Shown: one piece after another, positions 52,582 through 64,000 of the stretch
Layout: every line of letters starts with the position of its first letter
Position numbering within the stretch: the stretch's first letter is position 1
Source of the DNA: Zancudomyces culisetae HAW-14-8
Taxonomy: Eukaryota; Fungi; Kickxellomycota
Assembly (NCBI GenBank): GCA_052426225.1
Contig: JBNJNM010000022.1
Span: 124,001 to 188,000, forward strand
Reading direction: 5' to 3'
Length of the DNA stretch: 64,000 bases
Notes under the pieces: model-generated
Database searches by the model: none
What the model was told of the DNA's origin: nothing
Seen by the model: only the letters and a program-made list of their open reading frames with translations
Position numbers and translations under genes: made by a program

Positions 52582-55500
52582 TTTTGAGCTAGAGTGGGCG
52601 GTAAAAAGTCTAATAATCTATTAATGTTTAGCTTAATAACGCTGCCTTATACCTCAAAAATTGAAGTAAGAAACTGATAGTCGAAAAAAACAAAAATTTC
52701 GAACAACCAAGCGTTTTGTGCTTTGTATATTTATTTTTTTCAACTGATGGGATGGAAGTATACAACAGGCAGTATTTATTGTAATAAAAAAAGAGTTTGA
52801 AGTGCCAATAATCATACCGCGTTAGTAAAATCTGTCATTGATTTTAATACTGATAGTGCCAAAAAGCGGGAAAGTTGTACAAGCTTTAACAAAAATAGCA
52901 TCTTTTTGACAAATCTGTACAGAAATTTACTGATGAGAAATACGGGTACGTCAAAATCATAGTTTTAGCAAAAGCATTTTTAAGCATAAAAAATCATTTC
53001 ACTATCTTCGTTTGGACTATCCACACCTCCTTTTGATTGTACTATAAGCAATAAGCAATAAACACAAACCCAACCAATAGACTCTTATTACTGTACACGG
53101 CTCACGCTTATAGCTTTAGAACATTTCTAAACATTTTGGCGAGAAAGGAACATGTGATAGAAGGGTCCTGATGGTATTAAAGTATACCCAGGAGACAGCT
53201 CCAATTAAAGATGCGTATACGATGTTTACCAAAACACTCGTGTTGAACGGAGTATGGATTCGGGCGGAAAAATATAAAGATCAATGGGGTATTATTGTAC
53301 GAGAATGCGATTTGAACATGGTGAGTGGTGATCATTACTCTAGCTCGGTGTAATCATAAATATCTTTAGTTGAACTTTTTTCTCTTCCCCGCTGCTTTTT
53401 TCCCCAACCGGTTTCAGTGGTTTGTGGTTTGTATTATGAAAATGTGAAATAAGTAATTGGTGAATTGCTTTTGGAGCTAAAGAAACCACTCATTAACTTG
53501 AATGAAACGAAAGAATAAGCAAGGCATAACAAGGATAAAGGTACTATTAAATAATATAAACCAACCAAAACTTGGATTCATAAAAACAAAAGAGTACTAA
53601 TAAATTTAAACAGATACCCATCTGATAAAAGTAATAAAGATATATTAAAATAATACTGGAAAAATAATGAATACAGAAACCACTTAAACTTCCTCTTGCT
53701 GTAAATTAAAAAAAAATCAAGATCTTAGAAAGAATTTGTTGAATTACTACTATATTAACTTCCCAAACTGGAGTTTTTTTATTCGGTTTACGTGTCAAGT
53801 TAGTGTTTTTGCGAGAACAAAGCCACTAGTTCATCTAATAATAGTTGTAATATCTGTAATAGTAAATACAAAGACAGAAGCCTCAGGAAAAAAAATCACC
53901 AGCTCTTGTAGCAATCATCTAAACTTGTGGTGATCATTTCCGTGTGGCTTTCATTGTTCCTGTAGCAACGATATGGTTTGTTTATGTAGAGTTTATTTGC
54001 TCGTTTTTTTTAAAAAAAATTGAATATTACTAAAGGTTGAGATGATCTAAGCACACAATGATTGTTGTACATCTGAGTAACTGGGTAATGTGTGTTCATT
54101 CTAGGTCAAAGTTGGATAACTTAGATTACTTGGATCATCTAGTTCATGCAGATTGTTTATTCCCACTTGTTTAGTATTTTATCTATGAAATAGAATATAA
54201 CATATTAAGTGATTATAAAGTTAGTAATCTGTTGAAAACGTGTTAGATAGCAGCACGTCTGCACATTCTCAAAGTATGTTCCATATCGCCACTACTATAT
54301 ATGGTTTTGAAATTTCTATGCGATGCTTTATATTTGCAATTGAAAGTATTTCATCCCAATTAAATTTGATTCTAGTCAAAATATTTGGCTAGGAATTTTT
54401 GCAACAATCAAACTAATCGTAAAATACCAGAGCATAAATATCTAATAAGTTTTACTCTACCACACCCGATTCCAGTGTTTGATTTTCTCATCACATTCTT
54501 TTTACGCGTCTTGGAATATGAATCTTAAGTGAGCTCTCCAATCAGTTCAACCTAGTTGAGTTTTTTTTGTTTTATTTGCTTCTTAAAAGCTCTCAATTCT
54601 AGTTTTTGGAAATTGGGTTCAAACTTTTCACATATGCACAAGTCTTCAAGATTTCAGTTCTTTGTATACCAATCTACTTTGAGGTCCTCAGAGCACTATT
54701 CAAATAAGTTTACTCCCCAGGGGAAAATTTATAGTATCTTGGTATTTCCTTACTTTCAATCCAGCGGAACAAGCTAGAGTTATTAGCTAGTAATTCCACA
54801 TTTCCATCATGAGTTGCAGAGGCGAATTATTACCATCTCAGCGATTTTTTTTTAATTGATCAATTTTCAAACATTACAAGAAACGGAAAACTAAAAAACG
54901 CATAACTTTCGGGTACTGTTACCAATAGCTAGCCATATATTCCGATTTCATATATGTTACTTATAAAACACATGTGTATATGCGAGAAGAAAATAACCAC
55001 GCCTAAATATGTACTACAAACACCTTCAGTGGTATCAATCAAAGGGTGAAAATTTATAAAGATTTCAATTACAGCCACCTGTTTCTCAAGGCAAAGTACG
55101 ATTAATAAACTGCTTGAACCTGTATAGTAAAATGCAAGCACAGTTTGAATGCATAGTTAGTTAAAAGAACAATAAAAGTAGGCATGACTTGCCAGATTTC
55201 AATATAGAGTATACATTAAACTCGGCCTTGACACGCAGTAGTAGGCCCTTGTTACTTATTCATTAGTTGTTTCCTCTCATGCCGCTTATTTTGTGGGCAT
55301 TATCTATGGCCTCTTTTTTAAAAAATCTGAGGAGCTTTTGTTTGTAGTGGATAAAAAAAATGCTGAATTGATTTTTTTAATGGTCTGCTACTTGTGCTAA
55401 AGTTTAAAAAGGAAGCTTAATTTACAAAGAACTTTTGAGTGGAGAGTAACTCATAAAAAACAAAAAAAAACAAAAAAAAGCAGAGAATTAGAACATCCAG

Positions 55501-55700
55501 TCAAAAGAATAGCAATAAACCTCGAAAAGCTTTATGCACTTATAATGACTAAAAGAGCTATTGTATGTCATGGATCAGATTATAGCTGAGGTGGGAATCA
55601 TTAATATCGAATATGTTCGCAATCGTCGAATATAAACCAAAGCTCAAACAACTTACCCCGTATCAGTAAGGTTAACGTCCACAAAAAAGATCTATAAAAT

Positions 55701-55818
55701 CACAGGGGGGGGTGCAGCCACAATCTAGGGTGCACTACAACTAGAGAAGTGTACCTTCACCTTTAGGGCTCTAAGTGCACTCAGTGTAGGCTAAATCCTT
55801 GTGTTACGTAGCTCTACG
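55701..55818 (+). other. GC-rich extended hairpin (candidate structured RNA or small inverted-repeat element)
   Basis: Nested stems CACAGGG/CCTTGTG, AGCC-ACA/TGT-A-GGCT, GGGTGCACT/AGTGCACTC, TAGAG/CTCTA and CCT/AGG, followed by a CGTAG/CTACG mini-stem. Confidence 0.45.
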
Positions 55819-55835
55819 CATACCTCTTCCTGTCA

Positions 55836-56897
55836 TTAATATTCAAAAATGTTATCAATTATGTACCCCAAAGTACAAGGACAATCAATAAATATATATG
55901 CAGAAAAAATAAAAAGTACTAACCTGAAAAACGGAATTTTGGGCTCTGGAACTTCGGTGAGCTTCTCAACATCATCTCCGTACTTGGCACGATATTTCTC
56001 ATAAACTTCGGGACTTAAACAGCAGTAGATCTTGGGGAAATACCTTATTTTTTTACTGGGCTTAACCAAGGGGAAGTTAAGATATATGGTTTCTATACCT
56101 GATGTCAGTGATTTTTCTTGGTTGAGGTTGTAGTTATCTGAGTAAAACTGAAGTAGTTTGGCCATTTTATACTCAAATTTTGGAACTTCTGGGCGAACAA
56201 ACATATATCTTCTGAAATAAACCCCTAAAAGCGATCCATCTATAAAATATTTTATTGGGTTGTTGGGTTTATCTTTTACCTCTGATTTAGAAACGTCAGT
56301 AGATTCAGTATCCCCAGGCCGTGAATTTTCTTCTATATTGTTTACAGTACCTCCTGCCTTTTCCTCCTGAATTTTATCCTTATTTACTTGTGCTCCTTGC
56401 TGGGTAGCAGCGTTGCTTGAATGAATGGTTTTGAGCACTTTCGGTTTATTGTTAGCTTTATTCTCATCCCGCCTTTTCTTTAAAACTTGTTTATAATCAA
56501 GAGGTAGGCTATATACATTATGAGCATCGGGTACAATAGTAATCAAATCGGAGGGAACTATGGTCTCGGGGTATTCCAACAAACGTCTATAGATTACCTG
56601 ACGCAATATTTCAGAGTTACGTTGATGTCTTATTTTCTTTTCTATTATACTCACTTCTTCAGGTTTACGTTGCTTAGGCTTAATTTTCGGTACTGGAAGT
56701 AGCTTTATGTCAATAAATCGATATGAAGAATTGTCCTCCTCGAGAAGAAATTTGTCGGGTTTGTTTGATTTTGCCTTTGCTGGGTTTAGCTTTTCTTGTT
56801 TAGTTAGTTTGGTTCCGACACTTGTGTGAAACCCAGAGTAACGAGAAAAAAAGGCGATTCCGGGTTTAACAACATACTTTTTGTGTAAATGCTGCAT
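55836..56897 (-). CDS. Hypothetical protein, possibly mitochondrial, with C-terminal transmembrane segment (~353 aa)
   Basis: Long ORF; basic/hydroxylated N-terminus (FFSRYSGFHTSV) from ATG 56897; C-terminal FFRLVLFIFSAYIFI. Confidence 0.7.
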   Translation of the reverse strand: MQHLHKKYVVKPGIAFFSRYSGFHTSVGTKLTKQEKLNPAKAKSNKPDKFLLEEDNSSYRFIDIKLLPVPKIKPKQRKPEEVSIIEKKIRHQRNSEILRQVIYRRLLEYPETIVPSDLITIVPDAHNVYSLPLDYKQVLKKRRDENKANNKPKVLKTIHSSNAATQQGAQVNKDKIQEEKAGGTVNNIEENSRPGDTESTDVSKSEVKDKPNNPIKYFIDGSLLGVYFRRYMFVRPEVPKFEYKMAKLLQFYSDNYNLNQEKSLTSGIETIYLNFPLVKPSKKIRYFPKIYCCLSPEVYEKYRAKYGDDVEKLTEVPEPKIPFFRLVLFIFSAYIFIDCPCTLGYIIDNIFEY

Positions 56898-57871
56898 TTT
56901 AACCAAAACAGTAAATTCAAAATATACTAGTTTCTAATCAGAAATATACTGGTTATGAAAAAAATAGCTTGATCTGATTTTTGTAGTAATAATTTAAAGT
57001 ATGTTATCGACTTTTCTTTTTTGAAAAAAAAATAGATTCTTTAACACCATCAATAGTCTACGCCCAATTAAATACGAATTCTAATCAAGCCATGTTGATT
57101 CTACTCCCATTATATAAAAACATCTACAAACAAAGATAGGCTAGCTTGGCGTTTTTTGAAAACTTTTGCTCAACTCGCTTTCTAGCTTTGTAGCCTTAGA
57201 CTTGTGTTAAGCCCAGGTACTAGGTTTATCTGCTTGCTATTCTGTGTATACTTGACTACATATCTGTTCTGGAGGTTTTTTTTCGTTCAATTTCCAGCAA
57301 TTGGTTACAAAAAAAAATTACTTGGTAAAGGAAAGTATCCAATAAGCTTTATTACTTCTTCCAATTTGAACCTATGAATCAATATTTTTTTCATTTGGTT
57401 GCTTCCTTTGTCTAAGACTCTAAACAATCCAAAAATCTTAGTGATTAGAAATGCTCAGTGTTCTCAGTCACTTTTCTGCCAAACTACTAAACCCTGTAGT
57501 ACAGCCAAATTATGTATATACCAACATGAAGAGCTGAATACAAGTGAATGTTTGATTCATTGTCAGGCATAATTGTGCTGGTTGCTACAAAAACTAACCT
57601 GTTGAACAAAACAAAATCATTTTATTTTCGATAAGAGCTAATCAGTACTTTTTTGCTGTAAACATGCACGCAGAAATCGTGTGCACTATTTATCTTTTGA
57701 GCTTTGTTTCGCGGTTTTGTTAATGATATGTTAACATTAAATAAATATTAGGCATCCAGCCAAATTGCTGCCAGATATGTTTAATCTTTATAGTGGTGGA
57801 AACAAAAAGGCAGAGAAAATTTTTTTTATGATTTTCTTATTTTTTTTTTTTTGAACATCTGGTTGTGGAAA

Positions 57872-58055
57872 TGGCGGGAAAGGGATGTTATTGACAAGTT
57901 AAAGGAAATAGTGCAAAAATCAGAGTGAAGCATTTAGCAGAAATTTAGTTGAAGATTAGTGGTCAACCTTGTTTGGAACAAGAAAGTATTCAAAAAATGT
58001 ACTGGCTATTGCTTTAACTGGCTATTGCTTTACGATGTGAATGAATTTCGCGAAA
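57872..58055. promoter_or_regulatory. Candidate G1/S promoter elements: E2F-type TTTCCCGCCA (57872-57881, minus) and palindromic SCB-type TTTCGCGAAA (58046-58055)
   Basis: Exact consensus matches 350-540 nt upstream of the ELG1-like ATG; a further TTTCGCGG lies at 57707. Confidence 0.4.
58001..58032 (+). repeat. Perfect 16-nt tandem duplication (actggctattgcttta x2)
   Basis: Directly visible in the sequence. Confidence 0.9.
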
Positions 58056-58407
58056 CAACAACATGAATTTTGACCATTATGATACCAAAATTGTCAACTT
58101 AAAAAAAAAGGGATTTAGGGGCATATATATGTATAAAGCATAGGTGAAAGGCAATGAAGAGGTAGTGGTGTCCTAATTGTAAAGATACAGTAGATATATA
58201 TTCTTGAAAGACACTAGAAAAGGATTAGAAACACAATTTAATTTGCATTCTGAAGTGGGCTAAAGTGGCGTCTAACAAGAATCTAGATCAGTGGTGTATT
58301 GAATGATAGAGGGGATTCGCCATATTTGTTAAGTATAATATTTGTTAGCAAATAGTCAGAAAAAACGAAACCGTTTAAAATGACAAACAGAAGAAAAAAC
58401 GAAAAAA

Positions 58408-61400
58408 ATGGAGAAAAAACTCACAGAATACTTTGGAGCACAGAATAGATGTTCAAATATGGAAATGACTGAGGTTTTGGGAGAAGGGTGCCCAGAGGGG
58501 GGCATCTCTAGCAAATATGACATCTTGACAGGTATGTTTTTAAGAAAATCCCCAGAACTAAATGAAAATGATAACAAAAGTCATAAAATAATGGGCCTTG
58601 GAGTGTTGGGGAGGATACCTCACACCGAAGAGGGGAAACCAGAGTCTATCATAAAAATTGAACAAAAAGAGTATGCTTATGAATTGGATAAAGAGGCAGA
58701 ACCAATATTGTTGACCCATGTGGATAGTAGCAACACAAACTCAGCTGAATGTGGATCGGGGGAAACTGGAAACAAGTGTGACTCCCATACAATTCCCATT
58801 AGTTCAGCACACAAATCTATACCAGAGATACTCGTTGTTGGAAACGGGGATAGAAAGGCTGAATGCGAACCTAAGGACCTTCTTGTATTTCGAAAAAGAT
58901 TTCAAACTGAAAGAATATCAGTGGATTTGACCAAAGACGAGGAAGTGCAAAGCAATGACATAGCTATAGATACGGATATTTATACGGATACACCAACACA
59001 GGAAATAAAACCACAAAGTACGCGTCTAGGCAGAAATGGAAATATAGAAATTATTGAAATTGATACGAATGAAGCTAAACCAATTGATACAGATGAATAT
59101 CAAAAAAAATCCTGCCATGGTACTGTTATTCACGAAAAGAATACAAAAACATTGAAGGCTCCTGAACAAAAGGCTAAAAAAAGGGTGGGTCGGCCACCAA
59201 AATCTGCATCTCTAAAGAAAAAAGAAAGTGTAAATAAACTAAATTTTTACCCTAGTCGGAGCGTAACAAATGGAGAAAAAGTAAGCCCCGAACAAAGAGA
59301 AAATGGTGAAGTTATGTCGAATGAGCAGGTGGGGGTAGCTGGTGTTCAAGAGCCCGAAGCCGAAACATACAAGATCAAAAAAATACGGTTAAAGCTTAAT
59401 GTTGCTGAAGTTTCTAAAATAAACATGGATCCATTGAAAAAGGGGAAGGTTCCAGTAATGTTCTTAGGTAGAGATAAGGCATCGTTTGTTACAGGGAGAA
59501 AGAAGAAAAAGGATATAGCAGAGATGAAGGTAATGAACGAAGCAGATAGATTCAGGTTTAGGCAAATGATGGAGCGAGAAATAAACAAGGAACTTGAAGC
59601 ACCATGGCCAGGAAAAGTATTTGGACGCAACGAACATTATAAGGGAGAAATACAAACTGACTTTGCTTGTGAAAGGTCTAGCGATTGTGGAGATAGTAAA
59701 GGTAAATGGGGGAAGGTGGAAAAAGTAATAGATCCACTTTGCAACGAGCTGACAAGGATGTTTCACTATGATACTACCCAACTAAATACAAAAGACCAGG
59801 GTAGTAGGAGATACGGTAAAGATGATTGGGAAAGTACCAAAAACGATGTTATAGCCTTTTTTAGACGTCAACTTGGTAAAAATGCTTTCAAGGTGGAGGA
59901 TTTGAGAGTTGGTGATTGGGAACAGTTGTGGAAGATGGAGCCTAAAGGATGTAACAAAAGGGTTATTAGTGCAATACTAGAAAAGCAGAAGCTTACAGCC
60001 AAACCCTCAGACCATGGTTCATTTTGTGATGCTGGTGGCGAAAAAAGTTCCTCTTTATCACGATATACGCAACTATTGTTGACACAGAAGTATGCGCCTA
60101 ATAATTCAGATGAAATTGTAGGAAATGAAAAGTTTGTAAGGGATATAATGGATTGGTTGAATGCATATGATTTAATGTCCAAGATGAAAAGCGATGACAA
60201 AAAACACAACGGTGAGAGCAAGAGAAAGCTGGACCTAGAGCTTAGGGAAAAGCGAATAATGATGAAAAGGGATGGATTTAGTAATCAAGAGATTAGCTTT
60301 TTTTTGAAAAATATGGTATCAACGGAACAGTCGAAAAACAAAATACGAACTAGAGGTGATTGTAAAAGACGGAACATGAAAATAGGCTACAACGTCACTA
60401 GTAATAATAGTAATAGTAGCAATAGTAATAGTAATAGCAATAGTGACGGTGATGATAGTCATCTAGATTTAGCTGGACGATCGTTCTCCCAGTATCATTA
60501 TTTAACACCTGAAAGTACAGGAAGTAGGACTAGCGTAATGGGAAGATCTGGCAGGAAAAAAAAACACAATATCAACAAGATAACAATCATAATTGGACCA
60601 CCATCTAGCGGTAAAACGGCGGCAGTAAAGGCAATAGCAAAGCAGATGGGATATATTATTCATGAAATTAATGTTGGAACATTAGGAAATGACAGTGGTG
60701 ATGGTAATAGTAGTAGCCAGGGCACAGTAGACTATGCGAAGATGCTGAGGAGAAAGCTCATGAATATAGTCAAGGGGAGCGAAATGGTAAACAACAACAG
60801 AATTATTGCTTTAATCGACCAGGATGATGAGAACATTATTAACAAATCTGGTGGAAACAATGGCATTTTGCAGATACTAGAACAGATAATTAGTGAGAAT
60901 AAAACTAGGATTCCTATAATCATCACAAGGTCGGAGAAGAAAAAGCCTAGAAATAAATTGTATGGATTTTGTGGTATGCCTGGAACAGCTTTACCACTTA
61001 GCTGTGGCAACACTGATGCCCGTGTTGATCTCAGTATCACAGGGAGAACAGCAGAATTCCAGCGACATATCAAGACCATTGAATTTGTACCTCCAAAAAC
61101 GGACGTGCTAAGCCGATATTTGAGTCTGGTAATTGCAAGCGAAAGTGGGTATTTGATAAACCCAAGTTGGTTAGACTTTCCAATAAAATTTTACGACTAT
61201 AATCTGGACAAGTTGTTTAACTGGCTATGTTTTGAGCTTATCGAAAAACTCAAATTTTTTAGCCAGAATTTTAACAATGAGGCCAGTTGTCAAAACGGTA
61301 AAGAATGCGTGGGCGTGAATAAAGATACAGATATAGATATGGATATAGATATGGATATAGATATGGATCCAGGTATTGGCCCAAACCCTGTAGTGATAGG

Positions 61401-61667
61401 GGATGGTCAAACAAGTGTTAGTTTAGATTTTGGGAAGGTAAATGAGCCAAACGACAATGCGAGCAAAACATTCAACTTTGTGAGAAAAATGTTATACCAT
61501 AAAGTTGAAACCGCTGCTATTGCTGAGAATCATTGTGATGCTGGTGAATATTACATTAACGGGGAATTAAATGAGAATTTATTACTACAAGAAAAAATAC
61601 TAACACTACCAAAAATCCATGGCTATGAAGACGGCCAAGATGGTCATGAGTTTGTAGCTCAGTGTGA

Positions 61668-61677
<10 letters not shown>
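58408..61677 (+). CDS. ELG1: Elg1/ATAD5-like alternative RFC large subunit (PCNA unloader), 1089 aa, single exon
   Basis: RFC box II LLTQKYAPNNSDEIVGN...DWL; Walker A GPPSSGKTAAVKAIAKQMGYIIHEIN; KTRIPIIIT sensor region; long disordered N-terminus with an AT-hook-like KRVGRPPK. Confidence 0.75.
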
Positions 61678-63778
<2,101 letters not shown>

Positions 63779-64000
63779 TTTCCTCCAAATATTGCAAATT
63801 CCCAAATCTAAAATCTATATACAATATTTTCTTTTTTTTATCGATTTGTGTGTCTTTTGGCAGACCTCCCTAGTTCCAAGTATATGTAGTATGGCCCTAT
63901 TGATGTTGAAGTTCTGTAGTTGTATTCGTTTTGTCTGATCGTATTTATTTCTTCGTTTGTGTCTTATAGTGGTTATTACATTTATTTTTGGTCGATTTTT

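Overview
This is an AT-rich, intron-containing eukaryotic (fungal) chromosome segment. It has short GT-AG introns with CTAAC/TACTAAC branch points and compact convergent gene ends. The overall style suggests an early-diverging fungus, possibly Zoopagomycota/Harpellales, but that is inference only. About 20 protein-coding genes can be modelled by hand-splicing. Recognisable ones are COG2, RCE1, UTP25, a UPF0390/L10K small protein missed by the ORF track, an Arb1-like Argonaute chaperone subunit, RAD18, PDB1, a bZIP factor, ADA2, TRM82, two tandem STE14/ICMT paralogues, an ELG1-like RFC subunit and GCN5. The rest are two secreted Ser/Thr-rich proteins, a ~3,750-aa six-exon orphan and other hypotheticals. 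The main observations are: (1) a secreted Thr-rich protein with a Cys cluster and Tyr/Arg/Lys hexapeptide repeats, a candidate adhesive; (2) a 123-nt in-frame exitron/recursive-splice-like segment over the catalytic motif of the second STE14 copy; (3) three pathway pairs co-located in 64 kb (RCE1+STE14x2, ADA2+GCN5, RAD18+ELG1); (4) overlapping ELG1/GCN5 coding ends in a window that also carries an RNAi-chaperone gene; (5) a GC-rich ~100-nt hairpin, G4/poly-C tracts and E2F- plus SBF-type sites upstream of ELG1. I found no tRNA, rRNA, CRISPR array or intact transposon. All family calls are by-eye motif recognition, not database searches.
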